Shown here piece by piece: positions 19,544 through 28,512 of a stretch of 64,000 nucleotides of DNA. Below the pieces are notes generated by a model. The model was not told where the DNA came from, made no database searches, and worked only from the letters and a program-made list of their open reading frames with translations. The DNA comes from an uncultured Prolixibacteraceae bacterium. GTDB taxonomy: Bacteria > Bacteroidota > Bacteroidia > Bacteroidales > Prolixibacteraceae. Each line of letters begins with the position of its first letter. The first letter of the stretch is position 1. The position numbers were made by a program, and so were the translations under genes. The DNA is taken from positions 43,445 to 107,444 of the forward strand of contig CAVYUC010000017.1 of NCBI GenBank assembly GCA_963771595.1, given 5' to 3'.

Positions 19544-19560
19544 AGAAAATTGATAAAATA

Positions 19561-20331
19561 ATGAATAAAACAGCACTCATAACCGGAGGCTCACGTGGAA
19601 TAGGTTTTGGAATTGCCCTTGAGTTGGCAAAAGCAGGATTTAGTCTTGCAATAAATGGCGTGCGACAACAAGAAGCAGTTCAACCCATTCTGGACGGACT
19701 AAAAATGTTTGGCCACAAAGTAATTTATGCACAAGGTAACATTTCTAAAAAAGAGGACAGGCAAAAAATCTTTGATGCAGTAATTTCTGAATTCGGCCAT
19801 TTAAATGTTTTGGTGAATAATGCCGGAATTGCACCGCGCGAACGCAAGGACATTCTGGAAGCTACCGAAGATATTTTCGACGAAGTTTTGGAAACCAATC
19901 TGAAAGGACCCTATTTCCTGACGCAGCTTTTCGCCAACCACATGGTTCAGCAAAAAAGGGAGTATCCCGGTTTTTCATGTTGTATCATCAATGTTTCGTC
20001 GGTTTCTGCAACTGTAGCTTCCACAAACCGTGGGGAATATTGCATCTCCAAAGCCGGTATTGCCATGGCGACTAAGCTTTGGACAGCCCGGCTGGGAGAG
20101 TTTGAAATTCCGGTATATGAAATTCAACCCGGAGTTATAAAAACCGATATGACTTCAGCCGTAACCGAAAAATATGATCGTATGTTTGAGGAAGGTTTAA
20201 CCATTCAAAAACGATGGGGGTTGCCGGTGGATGTTGGCAAAGTGGCTGCTGCAATGGCCACCGGAATGCTGCCCTACTCCACCGGCCAGGTGGTGATGGT
20301 GGATGGGGGAATGACCATTCAACGATTATAA
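19561..20331 (+). CDS. Short-chain dehydrogenase/reductase (SDR)
   Basis: Motifs are TGGSRGIGFGIA, NNAG, the catalytic YCISKAG and a PG motif. The upstream 25 codons of the long ORF run through a REP-like hairpin and are unlikely to be coding. Confidence 0.85.
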   Translation: MNKTALITGGSRGIGFGIALELAKAGFSLAINGVRQQEAVQPILDGLKMFGHKVIYAQGNISKKEDRQKIFDAVISEFGHLNVLVNNAGIAPRERKDILEATEDIFDEVLETNLKGPYFLTQLFANHMVQQKREYPGFSCCIINVSSVSATVASTNRGEYCISKAGIAMATKLWTARLGEFEIPVYEIQPGVIKTDMTSAVTEKYDRMFEEGLTIQKRWGLPVDVGKVAAAMATGMLPYSTGQVVMVDGGMTIQRL

Positions 20332-20353
20332 AGAAGGCCCTCCTGACCTTCCG
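20332..20353 (+). repeat. 22-nt post-gene motif AGAAGSCCCTCCTGACYTTCSG, copy 2
   Basis: It starts immediately after the SDR stop codon and is followed by ...CTGAGAGGAG, which can pair with CCTCCTGA. Confidence 0.65.
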
Positions 20354-20419
20354 CCAACTAGCTGAGAGGAGAAAGAATAAAAAACAAGACAATATTGAAC
20401 TTCAATAAAACTAAATCGA

Positions 20420-20641
20420 ATGAAAAGAAATAAACGAATCTGGCAATTTTGTGTCGCTGCAGTTATTGTTATTATAGCAATTACATTTTCCCCGCTGGTA
20501 ATTGCTCCGGGAAAAATCCAACCCTTTTTATTTGGATTACCCTACACACTTTGGATAGGAATAGTACTTACCATCGTCTTGGTCGTAATTACTTTAATCG
20601 CAGGAAATGCTTTACCAAACGATGAGGAGGGCCGGAAATGA
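20420..20641 (+). CDS. DUF3311-like small membrane protein, accessory to the sodium:solute symporter
   Basis: It is 73 aa with two TM helices. An ATGA overlap joins it to the symporter start, a characteristic pairing. Confidence 0.65.
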   Translation: MKRNKRIWQFCVAAVIVIIAITFSPLVIAPGKIQPFLFGLPYTLWIGIVLTIVLVVITLIAGNALPNDEEGRK

Positions 20642-22036
20642 TTACATGGGTTATCATTATGTTTGCCGGATTTATATCACTGCTTGTACTGGCATCCATA
20701 AAATCATACAAAAAAAACAGAAGTTCGCAGGAGTTTATGCTGGCTGGTTCCAGCCTGGGCGTATTCCTTGGATTCATGACTTTCTCGGCAGCTTTATTCA
20801 GCGCTTTTACCTTTCAGGGAATGCCCGATTTCTTCCGGACACATGGAATCGGGGCATGGATTTTCCTTGCGTTCTCTGATGGGGTAATGGTATTTTTCAT
20901 CCTCTGGTTTGGAAGAAAACTGCGCCACAAAGCCAGGCAAAAAGGATTCAGGGGAATTGCAGGTTTGATGGCCGACATTTACGGAACCCGCTGGGCCGGA
21001 TATGCCCTTTTCCTGAGTTCATTTTTATTTCTGATTCCTTATGCAGCGATTCAGATTAGGGGCATCTCTGTTTTTTTTGATGCAGCATTTCCCAACTTTT
21101 TACCCCGCTGGGGGTGGTCGCTCATCCTCGTGGTTTTTATGATTTTATATGCCGAAATTGGCGGATTCAAGGCAATGGTTTACAGCGATGCCATTCAGGG
21201 AACGATTTTGCTGGTGGTACTTTGGCTTATTGCCACCACCTGTATTTCAAAATTGGGCGGGGTGCAGGGCATGTTCGAAAAGGTACAGGCAACCAATGAA
21301 GCACTGCTTTCCACCCCGGGGCCAAAAGGACTTTTTACCTGGCAGTTTCTTATTGGGAAGCACCATTGCCGTGGTAATGATTCCGGTTACGCAGCCGCAA
21401 ATGGGTACCCGGCTGGTGGTGATGAAAAGTCTGAAATCGATGAAACGGATGGCATTTGCCGTGGGTACTTTTGCCATTGTGATTATTGCTGCAACTATTT
21501 TTATAGGGATGTACGGTTCAGTGGTTTATCCCAATGCATCCGCTCAGGAATTCTGGGCAAAAGCTTTGTTATACGACCAGTTTGCACCGGTGGCCGGACT
21601 CGCAGTGGTTGGTTTGTTTGCAGCGTGTCTTTCTACCACCAATTCACAAATATTTGCTTTGGGAAACGAACTGCGTTCGCTGTTACCCGACGATGAAAAA
21701 AAATCGATGCGAATCACCAAAATCTTCCTCTTTGTATTTTCTGTGCTGGTTATGATTTTTGCTTCGCTGATGGGCGACCAGATTGCATTGCTGGCACGGG
21801 TAAGTTTTACCGGCACCTCCATGTTTGCACCTGTGGTCCTGGCTGCTGTTGCTATGCGTGGCAAACCGGGAATCGAACTAATTGTGATATCATTTACCGC
21901 ATTACTGGTCTTCCTGGGTTCACTGGCGGGAGTTATTCCCACTAAGGTTGGTGCCATTCAGCTGGATATATTGCTGTATCTGGTTATTACGGTTGCCACC
22001 ATAGTTTCCATACTATTAAGGAAAAGTGGTAATTGA
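20638..22036 (+). pseudogene. Sodium:solute symporter (SSS family) interrupted by a 1-nt frameshift
   Basis: The N-terminal 2/3 is in frame 1 (20638 onward, good TM sequence up to ...GLFTWQFLIG). The C-terminal 1/3 continues seamlessly in frame 2 (...STIAVVMIPVTQPQMGTRLVV... to 22036). After the junction the frame-1 product turns into Cys/Arg-rich junk. Confidence 0.8.
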
Positions 22037-22105
22037 AATAACTATGGATACTTCAGACAGAAGGATTCACATACAAATCATGCCCAGATTGGTGCAGGAA
22101 TCTAT

Positions 22106-23380
22106 CTAATCCATCATCTCAAACCCGCAATACGGAACCAAAACCTTCGGAATTTTTATTCCTTCCGGAGTCTGATTGTTTTCAAGCAGGGCAGCCACTA
22201 TACGCGGTAAGGCCAGTGCGCTGCCATTTAATGTATGCGCCAGCTGTGGCTTTTTGCTGTTTTCGTCGCGGTAACGCAGTTTCAGGCGGTTGGCCTGGAA
22301 CGACTCGAAGTTGGAAACCGAACTTACCTCCAGCCACATTTTCTGAGCTGCAGAAAACACTTCGAAATCGTAAGTTAATGCCGAAGTAAAACTCATGTCA
22401 CCACCACACAGGCGCAAAATACGGTAAGGCAGTTCCAGCTTTTCTACCAGACCGGCAACATGCTGTACCATCTGCTCCAGTACCTCATATGATTTATCGG
22501 GATGTGCTATCTGCACGACTTCCACCTTATCGAACTGGTGAAGGCGGTTCAACCCCCGGACATCCTTTCCGTAGGAACCGGCTTCCCGACGGAAACAGGC
22601 GCTGTAAGCTGTATTTTTATAAGGTAGGTCTTTTGCATTCAGAATTACATCACGGTAAATATTGGTAACCGGCACTTCGGCTGTTGGAATCAGATACAGA
22701 TTATCTTCCGTTACATGGTACATTTGTCCTTCCTTATCGGGTAATTGTCCCGTTCCAAAACCCGATGCCTCATTCACCATTAATGGCGGTTGAATTTCCT
22801 CATAACCCGCTTCCCGGGCTTCGGCAAGAAAAAAATTGATAAGCGCCCGCTGCAGTTGTGCCCCTTTACCACGATATACCGGGAAACCTGCACCGGTAAG
22901 TTTTACGCCCAACTCAAAATCAATCAGCTTATATTTTGCAGCAAGTTCCCAATGCGGAAGTGCATTTTCTGCCAGTTGCGGAATTTCACCTTTCGAAGCC
23001 ACAATTTCATTATCAGATGCACCTTTTCCTTCAGGAACTGAATCATGCGGCAAATTGGGAAGCTGTACAAGCAACTGGTATACTTTTTCTTCTATTTCAG
23101 CAAATTGCTGTTCGTATGATTTTATGTTTTCTTTTAAAAGGGTAGTGTGTTCTTTTGCTGCATTTGCCTCTCCCGTTTTTCCTTCCCTGAATAGTTTTCC
23201 GATTTCTGCTGAAATCCTGTTCATTTCGGCTTTTGCCTGATCGGTTTGTCCCTGCAGTTTATTTTTTTGCTGATACAATCCGGTAATGGAATTTACAATT
23301 TCCTTCGCATCAAAATTTTTGCGTTTCAGCTTTTCGATAACCAGTTCCGGATTATCCTGGATGAATTTCAGATTGAGCAT
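22106..23380 (-). CDS. serS: Seryl-tRNA synthetase
   Basis: It has an N-terminal coiled-coil arm and class II motifs (FRREAGS, GLNRLHQFDKVE, GSALALPRIVAALLEN). Confidence 0.95.
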   Translation of the reverse strand: MLNLKFIQDNPELVIEKLKRKNFDAKEIVNSITGLYQQKNKLQGQTDQAKAEMNRISAEIGKLFREGKTGEANAAKEHTTLLKENIKSYEQQFAEIEEKVYQLLVQLPNLPHDSVPEGKGASDNEIVASKGEIPQLAENALPHWELAAKYKLIDFELGVKLTGAGFPVYRGKGAQLQRALINFFLAEAREAGYEEIQPPLMVNEASGFGTGQLPDKEGQMYHVTEDNLYLIPTAEVPVTNIYRDVILNAKDLPYKNTAYSACFRREAGSYGKDVRGLNRLHQFDKVEVVQIAHPDKSYEVLEQMVQHVAGLVEKLELPYRILRLCGGDMSFTSALTYDFEVFSAAQKMWLEVSSVSNFESFQANRLKLRYRDENSKKPQLAHTLNGSALALPRIVAALLENNQTPEGIKIPKVLVPYCGFEMMD

Positions 23381-23520
23381 GTTTTTCTTTTTAAATAGAT
23401 TGTAAAATTAATAAATGAAACGGCACAACATGAAATTCGCAAATGTAAATTGAGCAGAGGGACAAAAAGGTTAATCTTGTGCAGTTATATTATGAAATGT
23501 AGTGGGTTGATGGCCCTTTT

Positions 23521-23727
23521 TTAGTGATGTGTTTTCATTCCTTTTTTTCTTCGTACAAAAAAATAAAGAATTACTGCAACTGAGATAAACCAAAACACAA
23601 TACCAGTTTTAATAAATACCGCTCCATTCGGATAATGCTGAAGTTTGAAAAAATACCCGGTAAGACTCAGGAGTGCAGAAACAATCAGTAAAATAACGAT
23701 TAAGGTAGTTGCTTGATTTTTGGCCAT
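23521..23727 (-). CDS. Small two-TM membrane protein, unknown function
   Basis: It is 68 aa from MAKNQ, with two hydrophobic helices flanking KLQHYPNGA, which resembles the GldL-like K(I/L)xHWPGA motif. It has a basic C-terminus. Confidence 0.45.
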   Translation of the reverse strand: MAKNQATTLIVILLIVSALLSLTGYFFKLQHYPNGAVFIKTGIVFWFISVAVILYFFVRRKKGMKTHH

Positions 23728-23775
23728 GATATGTTGCACTTTGATTTATCCAAAGCTAAGAATTTTTCTACTTTC

Positions 23776-23813
23776 CAAAAACAAAAAACGCCTGCCATTG
23801 CTGGCAAGCGTTT
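23776..23813 (-). terminator. Intrinsic terminator of rplU-rpmA
   Basis: On the minus strand AAACGCTTGCCA-gcaa-TGGCAGGCGTTT forms a 12-bp stem with one G.U. It is followed by TTTTTGTTTTT, ~30 nt after the rpmA stop. Confidence 0.8.
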
Positions 23814-23844
23814 CATTATATTATGAATAAAAATCCGGAGATTT

Positions 23845-24423
23845 TTATTTTGACAGCTCTTTTGCTTTTTCTATCCAGGGTGCCGGATCTTTTGAAGCAT
23901 AGCGGCTTCCTGCATTTTCAAGGATCTCTTTCATTTTCTCTTCTGACGTTGAAGCCAAATCCGAATAGGTATTTATCCCTGCTTCATTTAGTACTTCCTC
24001 CAGTTTCGGGCCAATACCTTCAATCTCTTTTAAATCACTGGCAGCTGATTTTTCTTTCGCCGCAGCTTTTTCTTCCTTATTATCAGCTTTAGCCTCTTTC
24101 TTTTCCGCTTTTTCTTTTACTTCTGCTTTTTCTGCAACAGGAGCTTCAGCAACTGCCGTATCTGTTTCAACAATTGGAGCAACCGAAATATAGGAGCGGT
24201 TTTTCTTTTTTCTTTTGAATACAACTGTTCCGTCGACCAATGCAAAAAGGGTATGATCTTTTCCCATTCCTACATTTTCTCCCGGGTTATGTTGAGTACC
24301 ACGCTGGCGAACTAAAATATTACCAGCTTTTGCAAACTGACCGCCGTAAATTTTTACACCAAGTCTTTTGCTTTCCGATTCGCGTCCGTTTTTCGAACTA
24401 CCTACACCTTTCTTATGAGCCAT
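23845..24423 (-). CDS. rpmA: 50S ribosomal protein L27 with ~100-aa C-terminal extension (A/E/K linker + HhH-like domain)
   Basis: The N-terminal 88 aa are canonical L27 ([24 protein letters not shown]...[16 protein letters not shown]). The frame stays open for another 104 codons, ending in [27 protein letters not shown]. Confidence 0.85.
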   Translation of the reverse strand: MAHKKGVGSSKNGRESESKRLGVKIYGGQFAKAGNILVRQRGTQHNPGENVGMGKDHTLFALVDGTVVFKRKKKNRSYISVAPIVETDTAVAEAPVAEKAEVKEKAEKKEAKADNKEEKAAAKEKSAASDLKEIEGIGPKLEEVLNEAGINTYSDLASTSEEKMKEILENAGSRYASKDPAPWIEKAKELSK

Positions 24424-24441
24424 GGTAAATTATCTTTTTAG

Positions 24442-24753
24442 TTATCCAACAATATCTTCAATTTGTATCTGCATGAAATTCTGGCGGTGACCATTTAATT
24501 TCTGGTACCCTTTTCTTCTTTTCTTTTTAAATACAAGAACTTTGTCACCTTTCACCTGTCCCAGCACTTTGGCTGTAACTTTTGCACCTTTTACCGCCGG
24601 CGTGCCAACAGTAATACCATCATCGTTGCCAAATAGCAACACTTTCTCAAAATCAACTGAATCGCCTTCTTTGGCATCCAGCAACTGAACATACAGTTTC
24701 TTGTCTTTTTCAACCCTGAACTGCTGACCTGCAATCTCTACAATCGCGTACAT
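24442..24753 (-). CDS. rplU: 50S ribosomal protein L21
   Basis: The sequence is MYAIVEIAGQQFRVEKDKKLYV...KKKRRKGYQKLNGHRQ, 103 aa. Confidence 0.95.
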   Translation of the reverse strand: MYAIVEIAGQQFRVEKDKKLYVQLLDAKEGDSVDFEKVLLFGNDDGITVGTPAVKGAKVTAKVLGQVKGDKVLVFKKKRRKGYQKLNGHRQNFMQIQIEDIVG

Positions 24754-24838
24754 AATTTCAAATTTAACGTTTACACCGGCAGGCGGGATTCCCGTTGGAT
24801 TCCTCTTGTTAAGCCTGAACGATTCATTTTTCGGACTG

Positions 24839-24875
24839 CAAAAGTAGTTATTTTTAAATATTTGGCAAATATTCA
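24839..24875 (-). promoter_or_regulatory. Candidate Bacteroidota sigma-A promoter for rplU-rpmA
   Basis: The minus strand reads TTG-N19-TACTTTTG, matching TTG/TAnnTTTG. The -7 box lies at 24839-24846 and leaves a ~80-nt leader. Confidence 0.4.
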
Positions 24876-25015
24876 GGTATTTATTTCCAAAGGAATGGCC
24901 AAATCCTCCTTCCCTCTGATTTCATAACAGAAAATCAATTATCGACTCTAATTTTCGACATAACTAAAAATGATTACTATCTTTGTTTTACATTAAAAAA
25001 TCACGCAAAAGAAGG

Positions 25016-25609
25016 ATGCAAAAAATTCGGTTAAATATCCTGGGACTCTCTGTAAGTCAAACGCAATCAGGTGCTTATGCGCTGGTATTGGCTGAGGAAA
25101 ACGGAGACAGGAGAATTCCTATTATAATCGGGCCGGTTGAAGCCCAGGCAATTGCCATACAACTGGAAGGGTTGAAACCACCGCGCCCTTTAACCCACGA
25201 TTTAATTAAAAATATTGCCCTTGCATTTGATATTACCCTGCTGGAAGTGACTATTTTTAAACTGGAAGAAGGTATCTTCTTTTCGGAATTGCTGTGCAGG
25301 ATGAATGGTAAGGAAACACGCATCGATTCGCGAACTTCGGATGCCGTTGCGCTGGCGTTACGCTTTAAATGCCCGATTTACACCACCGAGGAAATTCTTA
25401 CAAAAGCCGGAATTGTGCTGGAAATGGATGAATCGGGTTCGCCGGATACCAGCAAATATGAAAAGTCGCCCGAACCTTCAAGTTCATCTCCTTTCTCTCA
25501 TTACACCATGCAGGAACTGGAAGATATGCTGAATGAAGCCGTTCACAACGAAGATTACGAAAAAGCTTCGGTTATACGGGATGAAATTCACAACCGGAAA
25601 AAAAATTAA
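25016..25609 (+). CDS. Bifunctional nuclease (DUF151/BFN) family protein with C-terminal UVR motif
   Basis: It has the BFN core QSGAYALVLAEENGDRRIPIIIGPVEAQAIA...PRPLTHDL and a C-terminal UvrB/C-like helix, EDYEKASVIRDEI. Confidence 0.75.
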   Translation: MQKIRLNILGLSVSQTQSGAYALVLAEENGDRRIPIIIGPVEAQAIAIQLEGLKPPRPLTHDLIKNIALAFDITLLEVTIFKLEEGIFFSELLCRMNGKETRIDSRTSDAVALALRFKCPIYTTEEILTKAGIVLEMDESGSPDTSKYEKSPEPSSSSPFSHYTMQELEDMLNEAVHNEDYEKASVIRDEIHNRKKN

Positions 25610-25676
25610 GCCGCTGAAAAAACAAATAAACCAAATATTGAATTGAAAACCAGGTTACTCATCTAATTATCCGCAA

Positions 25677-27137
25677 GTGAAGAATATAATTGTATTGCTG
25701 GTATTTTGTACCGGCATTTTATTTTTTAAGCCAGCCTTTTCACAAATTCCTGATTCAACCAAAAGTCAATCCGAACAATTGCTTCAGCAGGAAGAAAGTG
25801 CTGACACTTCTGTACTTCTGCTGTCAAAAGAAAAAGAAAATCCATTCTCGATCGTCACTTTATTTCGCGGACTGCTGGGAATGGCAGTGCTTTTATTTTT
25901 GGGATTTATCTTGAGTAGCGACAGGCGGAATATTCCCTGGCGCACGGTATTTATCGGATTAATCATCCAGTTGCTGCTAGCCATCGGAGTTTTATACATT
26001 CCTTTTATACGGGTTATCTTTGAATTCTTTGGGCAGATTTTTGTAAAAATTCTCGATTTTACCACAGCAGGAAGCGAATTTCTGTTGGGAGATTTAATGA
26101 ATGCAGATACCTACGGGTTTATATTCCTGTTCCAGGTGTTGCCAACCATTATATTCTTTTCGGCATTAACCAGCCTTCTTTTTTACTGGGGAATTATTCA
26201 GAAAGTAGTGTATGGCCTGGCCTGGGTATTTACAAAAGCACTGAAAATTTCGGGAGCCGAAGCGCTCTCAGTGGCCGGTAATATTTTTCTTGGCCAAACC
26301 GAATCGCCCCTAATGATAAAAGCCTATCTCGAAAAAATGAGCAAATCGGAAATCCTGCTGGTAATGACAGGCGGTATGGCAACATTGGCGGGAGGCGTTT
26401 TGGCGGCGTATATTGCTTTGCTGGGTGGCGACGATCCGGTTCTGCGGCTCGAATTCGCCAAACATTTACTTGCCGCCTCCGTAATGGCAGCGCCTGCAGC
26501 CATCATCTTTTCCAAAATGCTGGTGCCACCAACAGAGGCCATTAACAAACAAATTGAAGTCAGCCGCGACAAAATCGGGAGCAATGTTTTGGATGCCATA
26601 ACCAACGGCACCAGTCAGGGCGTGCGGCTTGCCGTTAATGTAGCTGCCATGCTGCTGGCGTTTATCGCATTTATTGCCATGTTCAATTTTATCGTTGGTA
26701 AAATAGGCCAGTGGACGCACCTGAACCAGTTAATAATGGAAGGCACAAATGGCAGGTACGACGGACTATCGCTGCAGTTTATCCTCGGCTACACCTTTGC
26801 CCCGCTCATGTGGCTGATAGGTGTTGGAACGGAAGATATTATCGTTGTAGGCCGGTTACTGGGCGAAAAGCTAATCTTAACCGAATTTATCGGGTACATC
26901 AGCCTGGCCGATTTAAAAGCTGCAGGAGTTTTTGTGCACCCGAAATCAATCATTATGGCCACTTATATTTTATGCGGCTTCGCCAATTTCTCTTCCATTG
27001 GAATCCAGATTGGCGGTATTGGAGCGCTTGCACCGGGGCGGCGTGTTTTGCTTTCAAAATATGGTGTACCTGCACTTATTGCAGGCACACTCGCTTCACT
27101 GATGTCGGCAACTATTATCGGAATGATTATGGGCTAA
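25677..27137 (+). CDS. nupC: Concentrative nucleoside transporter (NupC/CNT family)
   Basis: It has a GTG start and is polytopic. Conserved CNT blocks are GSEFLLG, VAGNIFLGQTESPL, MTGGMATLAGGVLAAY and ANFSSIGIQIGG. The N-terminal extension is ~60 aa. Confidence 0.85.
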   Translation: MKNIIVLLVFCTGILFFKPAFSQIPDSTKSQSEQLLQQEESADTSVLLLSKEKENPFSIVTLFRGLLGMAVLLFLGFILSSDRRNIPWRTVFIGLIIQLLLAIGVLYIPFIRVIFEFFGQIFVKILDFTTAGSEFLLGDLMNADTYGFIFLFQVLPTIIFFSALTSLLFYWGIIQKVVYGLAWVFTKALKISGAEALSVAGNIFLGQTESPLMIKAYLEKMSKSEILLVMTGGMATLAGGVLAAYIALLGGDDPVLRLEFAKHLLAASVMAAPAAIIFSKMLVPPTEAINKQIEVSRDKIGSNVLDAITNGTSQGVRLAVNVAAMLLAFIAFIAMFNFIVGKIGQWTHLNQLIMEGTNGRYDGLSLQFILGYTFAPLMWLIGVGTEDIIVVGRLLGEKLILTEFIGYISLADLKAAGVFVHPKSIIMATYILCGFANFSSIGIQIGGIGALAPGRRVLLSKYGVPALIAGTLASLMSATIIGMIMG

Positions 27138-27166
27138 TCAAAAACCAGACAAAATACAATCAGAAT

Positions 27167-28417
27167 TTAATCCAGTTTATGAATCACAAGTCCTGACCGC
27201 AGCTTCGGCTCGAACCATGTGGTTTTTGGCGGCATAATATTTCCGCTGTCGGCAATGTTGATCAATTGTTGCATTGAAACCGGATACAGCGCAAATGCAG
27301 CTTTCATTTTCCCTGAATCCACCCGCTTTTTCAATTCGGCCAATCCCCGTATTCCACCCACAAAATCAATCCGATCTGAAGTACGTAAATCTTTAATCCC
27401 GAGAATGGGCTCCAATACCTGGTTGGATAAAACAGTTACATCCAGCACACCAATTGGATCCCAGTCGTTGTAGGTTTCTTCCTTTGCCGCAAGTTTATAC
27501 CAGTTTCCGGAAAGATACATGCTAAATTCATGCAGTTTTGTTGGTTTAAATATTTCGGCGCCAATTTTTTCCACTTTAAAACCATTTTCAAGTTTCAGCA
27601 GAAATTCCTCATCGGTTAATCCGTTTAGATCGGTTACCACGCGGTTGTAATCAATAATTTGAAGCTGGTCATCCGGAAAATGAACCGCCATAAAATAGTT
27701 ATATTCCTCATCTCCTGAATGATTTGGATTTTGCGATGTCTTTTCAATGCCGATTCTTGCAGCGGCGGCTGTGCGGTGGTGCCCATCTGCAACATAAGTA
27801 TACGGCACTTTATTTGAAAACAGCAACTCCAGTTCTTTTATTACTTTATCATTGTCAATCACCCAAAAATGATGACCAAAACCGTCTTCGGCTGTAAAAT
27901 CGTAAACCGGGGGATTTTCCTTAATTACATTTTCTACAATCTGATCAATTTCAGGGATGGCTTTGTAGGCAAAAAACACCGGCTCAATATTCGCATCCAG
28001 ATAGCGGGTAAGTACCATCCGGTCATCCTCTTTTTCGGGCCGTGTTAATTCATGTTTTTTAATGATTCCGTTTTGATAATCGGCACAGGCGGCAGCCCCC
28101 ACAATTCCATACTGGGTGCGCCCGTACATGGTTTGGGCATAGATGTAATATTTAGGTCTTTCATCCTGCTTCAGCCATTGTTTTTCCTGAAACAGGTTAA
28201 AATTGTACTTTGCTTTCTCATAAACTTTTTCGGAATGAACATCCTCCACATCCGGGAGTTCAATTTCCGCCTTTGTAATCCGCAGCAGCGATTTTTCTTT
28301 TCCGTCAGCCATTTGTGCTGCTTCTTCAGCATTCATCACATCATACGGAAGACAAACCAGTTCTTCCACAATTTCCTTTGAAGGCCGCAGCCCTTTAAAC
28401 GGTTTTATTGTAGCCAT
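27167..28417 (-). CDS. DUF1015-family protein (unknown function), last gene of the serC-serA cluster
   Basis: It is ~416 aa, starting MATIKPFKGLRP, with ADGHHRTAAA and FEPK motifs remembered from DUF1015. Confidence 0.7.
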   Translation of the reverse strand: MATIKPFKGLRPSKEIVEELVCLPYDVMNAEEAAQMADGKEKSLLRITKAEIELPDVEDVHSEKVYEKAKYNFNLFQEKQWLKQDERPKYYIYAQTMYGRTQYGIVGAAACADYQNGIIKKHELTRPEKEDDRMVLTRYLDANIEPVFFAYKAIPEIDQIVENVIKENPPVYDFTAEDGFGHHFWVIDNDKVIKELELLFSNKVPYTYVADGHHRTAAAARIGIEKTSQNPNHSGDEEYNYFMAVHFPDDQLQIIDYNRVVTDLNGLTDEEFLLKLENGFKVEKIGAEIFKPTKLHEFSMYLSGNWYKLAAKEETYNDWDPIGVLDVTVLSNQVLEPILGIKDLRTSDRIDFVGGIRGLAELKKRVDSGKMKAAFALYPVSMQQLINIADSGNIMPPKTTWFEPKLRSGLVIHKLD

Positions 28418-28512
28418 TCTTATTTATGCTTTATTAATTTCGAAAAAACAAATTTAGACAAACAAATTTTATACTGTTTAATAATTTCAAAAGAAGTTCC
28501 TGATACTGAAGA

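Noticed and set aside
24754-24838. Ribosomal-protein leader (L21-leader-like structure) in the ~80-nt 5' UTR of rplU.
   Set aside because: The GGGATTCCC/GGATTCC segments are direct rather than inverted repeats, and I could not draw a convincing conserved stem. The known L21 leader is a Firmicutes motif. I left it as promoter plus plain leader.
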